Below the pieces are notes generated by a model. It searched no databases and had not been told where the DNA came from. It was given only the letters and a program-made list of their open reading frames with translations. Shown piece after piece: positions 1-10,203 of a stretch of DNA of 32,000 nucleotides. This DNA is from Phycisphaera mikurensis NBRC 102666 (GTDB lineage: Bacteria; Planctomycetota; Phycisphaerae; Phycisphaerales; Phycisphaeraceae): the NCBI RefSeq assembly GCF_000284115.1, contig NC_017080.1, positions 1,080,001 through 1,112,000 on the forward strand. Direction: 5' to 3'. Each line of letters begins with the position of its first letter. The first letter of the stretch is position 1. The translations under genes were made by a program, and so were the position numbers.

Positions 1-108
1 ATGAGCAGGAGTCCGGGGTTGGGGGGCAGACGCATGGGAGGCGGCTCGGTGGTGGCTTGCGCAATCGACGTGCCCGGAGATCCGCCGGGCGGGCTGGGGC
101 GGAGAGCG

Positions 109-2754
109 TCAGGTCGCGAGGGCCGCGGCGCGCTCGCGGTAGAGCGACGGATCGATGGCCGCGGTCATGGCGTCGGCGGCTTCGGGCCGGCCGAGGAAGG
201 CGGCGACGGCTTCCAGCGTCGCGGGGTCCCGCTCGACCAACGCTCGGTGCGGGACCCGGATCCAGCGGGTGTCGGCCCGCCGGGCGAGGGCGTTCTGGGC
301 GCGGCGGGTGCCGGCCTCGTAGGCGAGTCGGAGCGCGGTCGGGTCGCCCGCACGCCGGCCCTGCCGGCGGAGCATCGTCCGCTGGGAGGCGATCACCTCG
401 TCGAGGTCCCGCTCCATCCAGAGCACGCGGTACGCGTGGCCGACCGGGAGGCGGTCGACCAGCGCGTGGATCACCTTGATGGCCCTGCCGGCCGCGTCGG
501 CGACCACGCCCGCGTCCTCGGCCAGCCGGGTGACCGCCTCGTGCTCGAAGTAGCCGCGGCGGTTGCTCTCGTCGGCTTGGCGGCGGCCATCGGTGAGCGG
601 CGGGACGCCCGCCGCCGCCAGCATCTGCATCGCGAGGCTGGTGCCCGCACGCGGCAGCCCGCTCACCACCCAGACGGTGCCGGCGTCCGGCGGCGGGAGG
701 TCGTCGGGATCGTCGCTGCGGGCCTCGGCGGGAGCCGTCGGGTCCGGGCGATCCGCGGGAGCCGGTTGCCCGATGCCCCGGAGCGCGAGGCGGTGACGCA
801 CGGCCTCGTCCTGGCGGCCGTTGCGGGCGTGCAGACATTCCAGCAGGCGGTGGGCTCGCGCGAAGCCGGGGTGCTGGTGGAGGGCGACGTTCAGCGCCGC
901 GATGGCCTCGTCGTCGCGCCCGAGGTTCGCCAGCGCCATCCCCAGGTGCAGGTGGGCCCGCGGCAGGAAGAAGGCGCATCCGATCGCGTCCAGCGCTGCC
1001 TCGGCGGCGGCCTCCCAATCCCGACGGTGCAGGTGGACCTGAGCGAGGCCGTCGTGAGCCGCGGGGTCGGCGTCGTCGATCGCGAGGACCGCGCGGAAGG
1101 CGGATTCGGCGGCACCGGCATCGGTGCGGCGGAGCGCGAGCTGCGCCCGCAGGCGGTGGACCTCCGCCGCCTGCGCCGGGTCCGCGGGCAGCTCGGCGGC
1201 CCGCCGCTCCATCTCCCGCTCGTCACCTTCTGCGAAGGCCACCTGCGCCCGCAGCGCCTCCACCTGCTCGGCGACCTCCGCTTCCTCGGTCGCGATCCCG
1301 TCGAGCACGCGCACCGCCGCGTCCGCATCGCCTCGCTTCAGGTGGCAGGCCGCGACCGAGAGCCAGCTCCGCGGCTCGTCGGGGAACTCGGCCGCCATCG
1401 CCTCCGCCACGCGCATCGCGTCGTCGAAGCGCTCCGCGTCGAAGTAGGAGGTCATCTCGCGGTGCGTGTTCGCGATGCGCGTGTCGCGGATCGCCTCCGC
1501 GGCGTCCTCGCCCGGATCGGCGATGTAGCCCAACTCGACCAGCTGCCGCAACGCCTGCCGCTCCTGCTCGGGGTCGCCGCGGTGATCCGCGGGGTGCATC
1601 CCGCTGCCCTCGACGGCGGTCGCCTCCCAGTCCACCGGCAGCACCGGCGGCGTGCCCTCCGGCAGCGTGTCCAGCAGCGGCCGGCCGTCGAAGCCCAGCC
1701 CCGGCGGCAGGCCCAGCAGCGCCAGCACGGTGGGCGCGACGTCCAGCAGCGAAGCGCCGTAGACGCCGCGGCCGGGCCGCACCCCGGGGCCGCTCATCGC
1801 GAGGATCCCCAGCGGACGGTGCCAGCTGACCGGGTTGCTTCTCTCCGCGGGCCCCGGCGGGCGCAGGTCACCGTCCTGGTACCCGTGATCGGAGCACAGG
1901 ACGATGGTGGTCTCCTCGCCCACCGTCTGCATCAAGGCGTGCAGCATCATGTCGAAGAAGCGGTACACGCCGGTCATCACGCCGCTGTACATCTCGAAGA
2001 AGCGCGGCCCCACGTGCTCCATCCGGGGCGGGTGGAACTCCATGAAGGCGTGGGCGAAGCGGTCGATCCCCTCGAAGTAGACGCAGCCGAGGTCCCAGTC
2101 GTCCTCCTTCAGGAGGTGCGTGGCGAGGGCCTGCGTGGTCAGCGTCTCGGCCATCGCCTCGAGGAAGTGGCCCAGCCGGCGGTGGTTCGTGGGGTCGAGC
2201 TGATGGCCTTTCAGCGTCGGCATGAAGGGCGTGACCACGCCGGCGTCAAGCTCGCCGGGGTGGACCCGCAGCGCCGCCAACTCCCCGGCCCGCGCCGGCG
2301 GGTGCACCGCGTGCGCGGGCACCGGCCAGTCGTCCCCGACCTTCCCGGCGAGATCCGCGAAGCGGTTGCTCACGACGGTGCCGGTCACCGGCTCGGCCGG
2401 ATGGCTGGCGAACCAGTTGACGACGTGCGATCGCAAACCGCTCTCGCTGGCGATGTTCCAGAGCGCCTTGCAGCGCCGGCTGGTGCTGGCGACGGGCCGC
2501 ACGCCCGTGCCGTCGGGCCGGGGCTCGGTGAAGCCGAAGATGCCGTGGCCGAAGGGACGCTTCCCCGTGGCGATGCTGTTCCAGAGCATCGGCGAGAGGA
2601 TCGGTCGGAGCGTCGCGAGGTTCCCGCTGACGCCGCCGCTCACCAGCCGGGTGAGGGCGGGCATCTCGCCGCGCTCCATCATCGGCCGGGCGAACTTCCA
2701 GTCCGCGGCGTCCCAGCCGAGAAGCAGAACCCGCTGGGCGAGGCGTTGCGGCAA
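109..2754 (-). CDS. Type I phosphodiesterase/alkaline-phosphatase superfamily protein with central TPR repeats and C-terminal sulfotransferase-like domain
   Basis: ORF of 881 aa starting at TTG 2754 with AGGAGG upstream. N-term VLLLGWDAADWKFARPMMERGEMPALTRLVSGG and CSDHGYQ are typical of the AP superfamily; central tandem TPR-like helices; C-term WVVSGLPRAGTSLAMQML resembles the sulfotransferase PAPS-binding loop. Confidence 0.85.
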   Translation of the reverse strand: MPQRLAQRVLLLGWDAADWKFARPMMERGEMPALTRLVSGGVSGNLATLRPILSPMLWNSIATGKRPFGHGIFGFTEPRPDGTGVRPVASTSRRCKALWNIASESGLRSHVVNWFASHPAEPVTGTVVSNRFADLAGKVGDDWPVPAHAVHPPARAGELAALRVHPGELDAGVVTPFMPTLKGHQLDPTNHRRLGHFLEAMAETLTTQALATHLLKEDDWDLGCVYFEGIDRFAHAFMEFHPPRMEHVGPRFFEMYSGVMTGVYRFFDMMLHALMQTVGEETTIVLCSDHGYQDGDLRPPGPAERSNPVSWHRPLGILAMSGPGVRPGRGVYGASLLDVAPTVLALLGLPPGLGFDGRPLLDTLPEGTPPVLPVDWEATAVEGSGMHPADHRGDPEQERQALRQLVELGYIADPGEDAAEAIRDTRIANTHREMTSYFDAERFDDAMRVAEAMAAEFPDEPRSWLSVAACHLKRGDADAAVRVLDGIATEEAEVAEQVEALRAQVAFAEGDEREMERRAAELPADPAQAAEVHRLRAQLALRRTDAGAAESAFRAVLAIDDADPAAHDGLAQVHLHRRDWEAAAEAALDAIGCAFFLPRAHLHLGMALANLGRDDEAIAALNVALHQHPGFARAHRLLECLHARNGRQDEAVRHRLALRGIGQPAPADRPDPTAPAEARSDDPDDLPPPDAGTVWVVSGLPRAGTSLAMQMLAAAGVPPLTDGRRQADESNRRGYFEHEAVTRLAEDAGVVADAAGRAIKVIHALVDRLPVGHAYRVLWMERDLDEVIASQRTMLRRQGRRAGDPTALRLAYEAGTRRAQNALARRADTRWIRVPHRALVERDPATLEAVAAFLGRPEAADAMTAAIDPSLYRERAAALAT

Positions 2755-2785
2755 CGGGTGAACCTCCTGCGAAACGCGAAACCCC

Positions 2786-2807
2786 GCCCGCCGCGTTGGC
2801 GGCGGGC
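2786..2807 (-). terminator. Short GC hairpin between two minus-strand genes, possible terminator of the PEP-CTERM gene
   Basis: GCCCGCCGC-GTTG-GCGGCGGGC, 9-bp perfect stem, located just 3' (minus strand) of the stop at 2843, followed by GGGGTTTCGCGTTT. Confidence 0.5.
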
Positions 2808-2842
2808 AGGAACAAGCGGTGCGGTGCCCGCGGCGTCGCCGC

Positions 2843-3601
2843 TTAGGCCGCGCGGCGGTTGCGGTAGCCGGCGAGGCCCGCCACGCCGGCGGCGAGCAGC
2901 GCCAGCGAGCCGGGCTCGGGGATCGGGACGGTGATCGCCGTGTCGGGCGTGCTCTCGAAGAAGAGCCCCTCCAGCGTGATCGGCGTCTTGTTGCCGTCCG
3001 CGTAGGAGATCACGGCGTAGCCGAAGTGGTTGGTGGCGGTGCCGCCGGCGTCGGCGGTGAAGGAGAAGCCGAGGATGCCGGAATCCAGCGACGGGTTGGG
3101 CCGCGCGGACGCGTCGTTGTTCACGTAGTAGCCGGCGAAGTCGTCGAGCTGGACGAGAAGGTTCTGCGAGCCGTCGTCGGCCTGGAAGCCGACGTCGCCG
3201 GTGGCCGTGGCCGGCCCGATGACGTCACCGGGGCTGAACACCTTCGCGTACTGCCGCGACGGCTCGTTGAAGCTGTTGATCCGGAGGCTCGCCAGCAGGC
3301 CGGGGTCCTGATCTGTGAAGATGCCGCCGCCGCTCCCGCCGGGAGGGATCTGGAAGATCTTCTCGTTGTAATCGCCGCCGAAGTCGGCGAGGTTGAACGC
3401 GATGTCCGCCGTGAGGTCGCCGTCGAGGTCGAACGCGTACTCCAGCGAGTCCACACCGGGAACGAAGGGCAGCGTCGTGGTGCCGGTGATGGGCACGCTC
3501 ACCACCGCTGCGGAGGCGCTGCCGGCGACGCCGACGGCGGCCAGGCCGTACGCCGAGAGCCGGCCGAGGGGGGAGGACGTTTCGTCGCGAGGGAATGGCA
3601 T
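2843..3601 (-). CDS. PEP-CTERM sorting domain protein
   Basis: C-term VPIPEPGSLALLAAGVAGLAGYRNRRAA; ATG at 3601 with AGGAG upstream; N-terminal signal-like segment LSAYGLAAVGVAGSASA. Confidence 0.88.
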   Translation of the reverse strand: MPFPRDETSSPLGRLSAYGLAAVGVAGSASAAVVSVPITGTTTLPFVPGVDSLEYAFDLDGDLTADIAFNLADFGGDYNEKIFQIPPGGSGGGIFTDQDPGLLASLRINSFNEPSRQYAKVFSPGDVIGPATATGDVGFQADDGSQNLLVQLDDFAGYYVNNDASARPNPSLDSGILGFSFTADAGGTATNHFGYAVISYADGNKTPITLEGLFFESTPDTAITVPIPEPGSLALLAAGVAGLAGYRNRRAA

Positions 3602-4111
3602 GTCTGCTCGTCTCCTGGGAAGGGGCTGCGGGCGGTCGCTCCGACCGCTCCAAGGGGCGCACCGCCGCGACACACGGCGGCGCTCGGGAAAGAGGGAAAG
3701 CAAGAAAGGGATGAGGGAGGCTGCAGGCCACGGGACGCGGACGGGTTTTGGCCCGCATTACGTTCCATTCCACAAAGGTACCACCCGCGCGACCCGTGTC
3801 AAGCGTCGCCGCGGCCGGAGGCTGCGGCTCTCGGGCGGCGGGTTCGGCGTCAGGACCGCTTGACGCGAGACCAACACGCCCCGGAACCGGCTCCGCGAGC
3901 GTGATCCGGCGTCCGCTCCGCCGCCCGCGAGATCTTCAGCATCGTGGACTTGACCGTTCCTCTAATCTGCGGATCGCGTCCGCGTACCCGCCGGAGACGG
4001 AGCCTCCGCGGCTCCGCCGGAAATGCCGCGGCTCGAATTCCGGGGCCCGCGACGCCCCAACGCATCCGTCGGCGGGACCGACCCGCTCGCCCTGACCCCA
4101 GACGCCGTGCC

Positions 4112-5257
4112 ATGGAGAACCGGATCGGCCTCAACCCCGACGAGCGATCGCTGCTGCTGGAGCTGACTTCGCTGCCGTCGGTGCCGGGGCGCGAGGCGGT
4201 GGCGATCGCGGCGGTGCGTCGGTGGGCGGCGGCGCGTCCGCGTGTCGTCGTCGACGGCGACTCTTTCGGCAACCTGCTCGTCCGCCGAGCGGGGCCGAGC
4301 GTCGGCGAGCTCATCGTTCTGCAGGCGCACCTGGATCACCCCGGCTTCGTCGTCGAGGCGGTCGACGGTCGCGACGTGGAGGCGAGTTTCCGCGGCGAGG
4401 TCGAGGCCCGCTTCTTCGAGAACGCCCGCGTGAGGCGCTGGAGCGGCGTGTCGGCGCTCGATGGCGGATCCGTCACGGCTTGCCAGCCCGGCTTCGGCGA
4501 GGGCCTCGCGAGGGTCCGCTTGCGCCTGGACGCGGGATCATCGGCCGCGGCGGGCGACGTGCTGACCTGGGACCTGCCCGGGGCCGAAGTGGTCGGCCCG
4601 CACCTGCTCGCCCCCGCCGTGGACGACCTTGCCGGCGTCGCGCTGGCGCTGATCGCCTTCGATCGGGAGCAACGCCAGCCGGATCGGAACGCGGACCTGC
4701 GGTTGCTGCTGACCCGCGCCGAAGAGATCGGCTTTCTGGGGGCTCTCGCGGCCCTCGAGGAGGAAACCCTTCCACCCGGTACGCCCGTGCTCGTGCTCGA
4801 GAACGCGCGGGCGCTGCCCGATGCGCCCGTCGGCGGCGGGCCGATCATCCGCGTGGGCGACGCCGCGATGAGCTTCGACCCGCAGATGACGCGGCGGCTC
4901 GTGGAGACCGCGCGGGGCCTCGGCGAGGCCGACTCCGCCTTCCGCTGGCAGCGCCGGCTGATGGACGGGGGCGCATGCGAGGCGACGGCGTGGCAGGCCC
5001 ACGGCCACCCCGCGGCGTGCCTGTGCAACCCGATGGAGAACTACCACAACATGGACCCGCAAACCGGCCGGATCGAGCGGGAGCGGATCGACCTCCGCGA
5101 CGCCGGCGGCCTTCTCGTGCTTCTCGGGGCCTTCCTGCGCGGGCTCGGCTCGCCGATCGATCCGCGGCGCGAGCTGCGGGCCCGCCTCCGCAGCCAGTGC
5201 CTCCAGCGGAGGCGGGAGCTTTCTCTAGACGAAGGCCCGGCGGGAAGGGCGAGCTGA
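4112..5257 (+). CDS. M42/M20-like zinc aminopeptidase family protein
   Basis: MENRIGLNPDERSLLLELTSLPSVPGREAVA...; metal-ligand-like motifs QAHLDHPGF, APAVDDLAG, TRAEEIGFLGA. The ORF is open upstream to 3944 but ATG 4112 gives the canonical N-terminus. Confidence 0.75.
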   Translation: MENRIGLNPDERSLLLELTSLPSVPGREAVAIAAVRRWAAARPRVVVDGDSFGNLLVRRAGPSVGELIVLQAHLDHPGFVVEAVDGRDVEASFRGEVEARFFENARVRRWSGVSALDGGSVTACQPGFGEGLARVRLRLDAGSSAAAGDVLTWDLPGAEVVGPHLLAPAVDDLAGVALALIAFDREQRQPDRNADLRLLLTRAEEIGFLGALAALEEETLPPGTPVLVLENARALPDAPVGGGPIIRVGDAAMSFDPQMTRRLVETARGLGEADSAFRWQRRLMDGGACEATAWQAHGHPAACLCNPMENYHNMDPQTGRIERERIDLRDAGGLLVLLGAFLRGLGSPIDPRRELRARLRSQCLQRRRELSLDEGPAGRAS

Positions 5258-5492
5258 TGCGTCCCACCCGCCAAGAGATCGGCCGCAGGAAGCGGATGCG
5301 GTTGGGGTCCGCGTGCCGGCCGGAACGCGCCGGCGACGCGTTGCCGCTCCCGCTCGGTCTGGCTCGCGCCTGCGGGCGTCGGGCCCAAGCGGCGGCGGCC
5401 TCGGATCCAGCGGCCGCGGGCCGTCATCCACGCTTGGGCTCGACGCCGGCGGGGCCGACGCGTCGGGCGGGCACGGGAAGCGTCGGCGGCCG

Positions 5493-6914
5493 GTGGTGAA
5501 GCCCGGGCTCCCGAGGCTCCCGAGGCTCGCGCGGAGCTGGCGATGCCGGCCCGGCGCCCCCTTTTACGGGCCCGTGATGCTGGGCCTGGCGGCCGCGCTG
5601 GTCGTGGGGACCTGCGTCGGGCAGTCGTTCCTGCTCGGGCAATTCAAGGAGCCGATGCAGGCCTCGCTGGGGATCGACGGCACGCGGATGGCGCTGCTCT
5701 ACTTCGTGGCCACGCTGGCCGGCGGCTTGTCGCTGTGGCCGGCGGGTTTGGCCGTGGACCGCCTCGGCCTGCGGCGGGTGTGCCTCCTCGTGCTGCCGGC
5801 GCTCGCGTTGTCGTGCTGGACGACGGCGCTGGCCCCGAGCGTCGCCGTGCTGCTGGCGGGGATCCTGTGCCTGCGGATGCTCGGCCAGGGGGTGATGGAG
5901 CTGCTGAGCGGGAACACGGTGGCGATGTGGTACCACCGGCGGCTGGGCATCGCGTCGACCGTCACCAGCGTCGCCTTCGCGCTGAGCCTGCTCGTGCTCC
6001 CGCCGCTGGTGCAGGCGTCAATCGCCGCCGTCGGGTGGCGGTGGACCTACGGGATCTGCGGCGGCGCGATCTTGGCCTGCTGGCCGATCGTGTGGCTCGC
6101 TTTCGTGGGTCGGCCCGAGGAGATGGGGCAGGCGCCCGATGGCGTGCGGAGGCCCCCAGCCGCCCCGACCGCGGACGCGCAGCGAGCGGCCGGGCTGCGA
6201 GGAGAGAGCCTGAACGTCCGGCAGGCCCTGCGGACGCGGAGCTTCTGGATCCTGACGGTGGCGCTCGCCCATTACGCGCTGGCGCTGACCGCCGCGGTCT
6301 TCTGCGTCAACTCGGTGGTGAAGGAGCGCGGCCTGCCCGAAGAGCAGGGAGCCTGGGTGATCAGCGCGCTCGGCGGGGCGATGGCGGCGAGCTACCCGGT
6401 GCTCGGCCCGCTGGCCGACCGGCTGCACGCGCGCTGGCTGCAGGCGTTCGCGACGCTCGCGCTCTGCGGTGCGATGATCGGGCTCGCCGCGACCTCGCGG
6501 CCGAGGCACCTGGTGCTCGTCGGGGCGGCGCTGGGCGTGTGCATCAGCGCCCAGGCCGCCGTCGGCGCCACCGCCTGGGTCCGCCGGTACGGACGGGACC
6601 ACCTCGGCTCCATCCGGGGCGTCGTGCAGACCACGGCGGTCGCGGGCAGCAGCGTCGGCCCGCTCGTGCTCGAGGCGCTCGCCGACGGCCTCGCCTCGGT
6701 CCCCTCGGTCCACGCCGCGGCCGGGGGCCGCTACACGGCCGCGTTGTGGATCCTCGCCGGCGTCGGGGTGCCGGTCGCGGCGATGGCGATGCTGCTGCGC
6801 GGCGGGGAGGCGGGTGTCCAGACGGATCCCCAGGATCCGAATGCGGGTTCGCGTCCGCGGGCACCACGAACCCGGCCCGACACCGAGCAAGCCGCGGACC
6901 GTCGGCCTCTCTGA
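5493..6914 (+). CDS. Major facilitator superfamily (monocarboxylate-type) transporter; start uncertain (GTG 5493 or ATG 5577)
   Basis: About 12 hydrophobic segments; FYGPVMLGLAAALVVGTCVGQSF first helix, loop LAVDRLGLRRV, second-half GPLADRLHAR. Confidence 0.82.
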   Translation: MVKPGLPRLPRLARSWRCRPGAPFYGPVMLGLAAALVVGTCVGQSFLLGQFKEPMQASLGIDGTRMALLYFVATLAGGLSLWPAGLAVDRLGLRRVCLLVLPALALSCWTTALAPSVAVLLAGILCLRMLGQGVMELLSGNTVAMWYHRRLGIASTVTSVAFALSLLVLPPLVQASIAAVGWRWTYGICGGAILACWPIVWLAFVGRPEEMGQAPDGVRRPPAAPTADAQRAAGLRGESLNVRQALRTRSFWILTVALAHYALALTAAVFCVNSVVKERGLPEEQGAWVISALGGAMAASYPVLGPLADRLHARWLQAFATLALCGAMIGLAATSRPRHLVLVGAALGVCISAQAAVGATAWVRRYGRDHLGSIRGVVQTTAVAGSSVGPLVLEALADGLASVPSVHAAAGGRYTAALWILAGVGVPVAAMAMLLRGGEAGVQTDPQDPNAGSRPRAPRTRPDTEQAADRRPL

Positions 6915-6937
6915 TCCGCCGGGCCGACGGTCCGCGG
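6892..6937. terminator. 16-bp perfect inverted repeat spanning the MFS stop codon
   Basis: CCGCGGACCGTCGGCC (6892-6907) / GGCCGACGGTCCGCGG (6922-6937), 14-nt loop containing the TGA stop. Confidence 0.55.
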
Positions 6938-7035
6938 ATCCGCCGGTCGCCCGTCCACCGCGTGGATCCCCAAGCCGATGCGCGGCGAAGCCAAAGCGTG
7001 CGACGCCGCCTGTCCGGGCACCCCGGCCGCTCGCG

Positions 7036-7752
7036 TCAGTCCTGCACCGACCACAGGTGATCGGAATCGGCAACGGTCAGCCCCAGCGCGGTGAAGCCGA
7101 CGTGGCCGTCGGCGAAGGCCATGTTCCCGCTGTCGCCGTGCCACTCGCCGCGGGCCTTGTGCAGCGTGGTGTCGAAGTACACCGGCGTGCGCGTCGTCTC
7201 GCGGATCTGGCCGCTCCGCCGCCCCGCGAGTCCAGCGCCGGGCTTCGGGTCGTCGGGGTGGCCCAGCGCGTTGAAGGTGTAGCTGTTGCCGACCCAGTCG
7301 AAGTGTGATCGGTCCCCGGAAAACGCGAAGCTGCCGCTGTCGTGCGGGCAGCGGAGCACCTCGACCTCGTCCCCGAGGTAGCGGTTCAGCGGCCGGGGCA
7401 CCCGGGCGTTGAAGAACGTCCCCTGGGGGCCGGCGTACAGGTTTCCGCTCTCGCGGCCGGCCCAGGTGTACCAATCCATCGCCAGCGAACCCGCCGGTGC
7501 GGGCGGGGGCCCGGTGTGGCTGAAACCGCCGCCACGCTGGTAGAAGGTGTCCCGCGCGTCGGCCAGGTAGGCCATGGTGGCGAGCCCGCTCTGGCGGACC
7601 TGGCCAGCGCAGCCGACGCGGCGGGCGGTGTTGCGGGCGGCGGCGAGCGCCGGCAGCAGGATCCCGATCAGCAGCGCGACGATCGAGATCACGACCAGCA
7701 GCTCCACGATCGTGAAGCCGCGGCGGCGGGGGGCGTTGGTGCGGCGGGGCAT
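7036..7752 (-). CDS. Prepilin-type N-terminal cleavage/methylation domain protein with H..DG C-terminal motif
   Basis: [48 protein letters not shown]... and C-term WHGDSGNMAFADGHVGF. Confidence 0.9.
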   Translation of the reverse strand: MPRRTNAPRRRGFTIVELLVVISIVALLIGILLPALAAARNTARRVGCAGQVRQSGLATMAYLADARDTFYQRGGGFSHTGPPPAPAGSLAMDWYTWAGRESGNLYAGPQGTFFNARVPRPLNRYLGDEVEVLRCPHDSGSFAFSGDRSHFDWVGNSYTFNALGHPDDPKPGAGLAGRRSGQIRETTRTPVYFDTTLHKARGEWHGDSGNMAFADGHVGFTALGLTVADSDHLWSVQD

Positions 7753-7867
7753 GGCTTCTCCAAGGGGGGCAGGGGGGGGCCGGGCAGCGAGGGCGGGAGC
7801 GTTCCGAACGCGACGGCGGCGGCCGCGCGGCCACGTCTTCAACGGGTGCCCGGTCCCGGGAACGGCG

Positions 7868-8881
7868 TCACGGCGGCGGCTCCTGCGCGGCGCGGTCCGC
7901 CGAAACCACAGCCGACGCGATCTGCAGGTCCTGGACGGCGAGCCCGGTCAGGTCGGCGACGGTGACGCTTCGCTCGTCGATGCGGCCCGGCCGCGTGCCG
8001 GCCGCGACCTCGCCGATCTCCACGACCCGCTCCATCGACAGCGTCCCCGCGGCGACCGCGCGGTGGACCTCCCCCCGCAGCGCCGCCTGCGCGCGGCTGT
8101 CGACAACGACCGCGTCGGCCTCCGCCAGCACACCGGCGTGCAGCTCCTGCTTGTGGGCCGCGTCGGACCCGATCGCGGTGACGTGCAGCCCGGGGTGGAG
8201 GTGCTCGGGCAGGATCAGCGGGTCTTCGGCGTTGGTGGTCGTGACCACCAGCGAGCTGGCGGCCATCATCTCGCCGAGGTCCGGCGACGCCGCGGCGTCG
8301 AAACCGATTCCCCGCAGCTCCTCCGCGAGCCGCTGGGCCTTCGCCGCCGAGCGGCCCCAGCAGCGGAGGCGGCGCTCTGAGGTCACGCCGAGCAGCCACC
8401 GCGCCTGGAAGCGGGCCTGGGCGCCCGTGCCCACGATGCCGATCGCGCCGGAGCCGTCCGGCCGGTCGGGAGCGAGCAGCCGGGCCGCCAGCGCACCCGC
8501 CGCCGCCGTCCGCGCGTCGGTGAGCAAGCCCCGATCGAGCAGGACCGCCACGGCGGCGCCGGTCGACGCGTCGAAAAGCAGCATCAGCCCGTTGGCCGCG
8601 GGCAGGCCGAGCGCCGGGTTCCCCGGGAAGCCGGAGGCGACCTTCACCACGTAGTGCGGGTGGCCGCGGATCGTGCCGTGCTTGATGTGGCACTCGCCGC
8701 CGGGCAGCAGCAGCTCGCCCACCGGAGGAACGTTGGCGTCGCCCCGCGAGTAGGCGACGAAGCCGGCCTCCATGGCGTCGACCAGCGGCAGGCCCTCCAG
8801 CAGCGCCGCGATGGCGTCGAACCCGAGCACGCGGGGCGCCCCGCCGGCGGCCGGGGTGGCGGTGGGGGCGGCGTGGGCCAT
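7868..8881 (-). CDS. Ornithine cyclodeaminase / mu-crystallin / alanine dehydrogenase family protein
   Basis: GIVGTGAQARFQARWL Rossmann motif, CWGRSAAKAQRLAEEL, TTTNAEDPLILPEHLHPGLHVTAIGSDAAHKQEL. ATG begins 1 nt after the upstream gene's stop (TGACATG). Confidence 0.9.
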   Translation of the reverse strand: MAHAAPTATPAAGGAPRVLGFDAIAALLEGLPLVDAMEAGFVAYSRGDANVPPVGELLLPGGECHIKHGTIRGHPHYVVKVASGFPGNPALGLPAANGLMLLFDASTGAAVAVLLDRGLLTDARTAAAGALAARLLAPDRPDGSGAIGIVGTGAQARFQARWLLGVTSERRLRCWGRSAAKAQRLAEELRGIGFDAAASPDLGEMMAASSLVVTTTNAEDPLILPEHLHPGLHVTAIGSDAAHKQELHAGVLAEADAVVVDSRAQAALRGEVHRAVAAGTLSMERVVEIGEVAAGTRPGRIDERSVTVADLTGLAVQDLQIASAVVSADRAAQEPPP

Positions 8882-8882
8882 G

Positions 8883-9986
8883 TCAACCCACCGCGGCGGG
8901 TTCGAGCGACCGGAGGACCGTCGCGACGCGATCGAGCCCGGCCCGCAGGTACTCCTCCGGCAGGCCGTAGCTGATCCGCACGAAGCCCTCCGCGTTGAAG
9001 TGGGCGCCCGGCACCAGCAGCACGCTCTGCTCCTCACGGATGCGCTCGCACAGCTCGACCGAGCCAATGCCGTGGTGGTACTTGCAGAAGGCGACCGCCG
9101 CGGCGTCGGGCTCGGTCAGCCGCAGCGTGTCGCCCTGCTCGGCGACCCACTGCTGGAGCACCGGGAAGCCGCGGCGGACGAAGCCGCGGGTCCGCTCGAT
9201 GATCCGCGGGCGGACCTCCGGCGAGAGCGCGAAGGCCGCAAGCTTGTTGCTGATCATCGAGGCGCTGATCGTCGTGTACTCGTGGCGGGCCCAGATCTCG
9301 TCGAGCATGGCCTGCGGGCCCAGCACCCAGCCCAGCCGCAGGCCCGGCAGGCCGTAGGCCTTCGACAGCGAGCCGGTTGCGAGCACCTTGTCGTAGCGGC
9401 CGAAGAAGGTGGGGGCGTAGTCGTCCCGCACCCGCTCGGCCCCGCGGTAGACCTCGTCGGCGAGCAGCCAGGCCCCGACGCCGTCGGCGATCTCCACGAT
9501 CGTTTCCATCTCCTCCTCGGTGAGGATCCGGCCGGTCGGGTTGTTCGGGTTGCAGACCGCGATCATCTTCGTCCGCGGCGAGACCGTCTCGCGGAGCGCG
9601 TCCAGGTCGGGCGCCCAGCCCCGCTCCTCCACCAGCGGGAAGGTCTTGACGTCGAGGCCCAGGTTCACGGCGCTGCCCCACGCCTGGAGGTAGTTGGGCA
9701 TCATCACGACGATCTCGTCGCCGGGTTCGCAGACCGAGTGGATCGCGTTGTAGTTCGCCTCGACGGTTCCCACCGTGATCAGCACGTCGTCCGCGCTCGA
9801 GCCGGGGTACAGGCGCGAGACGTTCTCGCGGAGCGACCGGAGCCCGTTGGCGTGCGTGTAGTCCAGCCGCGTGTCCAGCAGCGTCTCCAGGAGTTCGGGG
9901 TCGTCGCCGACGAGCTCGCGGAGGCTGATGGGGTGCGAGCCGCTCTCGGAGAGGTTGTAATCCACCTCGAACTCGAACTTGCTCAT
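8883..9986 (-). CDS. Class I/II PLP-dependent aminotransferase
   Basis: MSKFEFEVDYNLSESGSHPISLREL...; CNPNNPTGRILTEEEM, LADEVYRGAE, GSLSKAYGLPGLRLGW (PLP lysine). ATG 9986 has an AGGAG upstream. Confidence 0.93.
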   Translation of the reverse strand: MSKFEFEVDYNLSESGSHPISLRELVGDDPELLETLLDTRLDYTHANGLRSLRENVSRLYPGSSADDVLITVGTVEANYNAIHSVCEPGDEIVVMMPNYLQAWGSAVNLGLDVKTFPLVEERGWAPDLDALRETVSPRTKMIAVCNPNNPTGRILTEEEMETIVEIADGVGAWLLADEVYRGAERVRDDYAPTFFGRYDKVLATGSLSKAYGLPGLRLGWVLGPQAMLDEIWARHEYTTISASMISNKLAAFALSPEVRPRIIERTRGFVRRGFPVLQQWVAEQGDTLRLTEPDAAAVAFCKYHHGIGSVELCERIREEQSVLLVPGAHFNAEGFVRISYGLPEEYLRAGLDRVATVLRSLEPAAVG

Positions 9987-10132
9987 CACCCGCTCCTGTT
10001 CGAAGGGCTGAAACGTGGGCATGGGGTCTCCGGGAGCTTTGGGGGTGGCGGCGGGGCGGCTGCCGTGCGGGCGCCCGTCGCGTTGCCGGAACCTCCGCAG
10101 TTCCGGCATGACGACGAGATGGTATCGTATTC

Positions 10133-10144
10133 CGGAACATTCCG
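10133..10144. promoter_or_regulatory. Candidate operator CGGAACATTCCG in the divergent aminotransferase/dgcN intergenic region
   Basis: 5-2-5 inverted repeat CGGAA-CA-TTCCG; part of TTCCGGAACATTCCG; identical 12-mer recurs at 12483-12494. Confidence 0.6.
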
Positions 10145-10203
10145 CACCCCCGGCCCTGGCCTCCCTGTCCGAGGCGGGCGGCCGCAGACCCGGAGGATCC
10201 CGC

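Noticed and set aside
1-2934. 977-aa plus-strand ORF opposite the phosphodiesterase/TPR gene
   Set aside because: Antisense frame of a clearly recognisable protein; low-complexity V/R/G/H sequence without family motifs.
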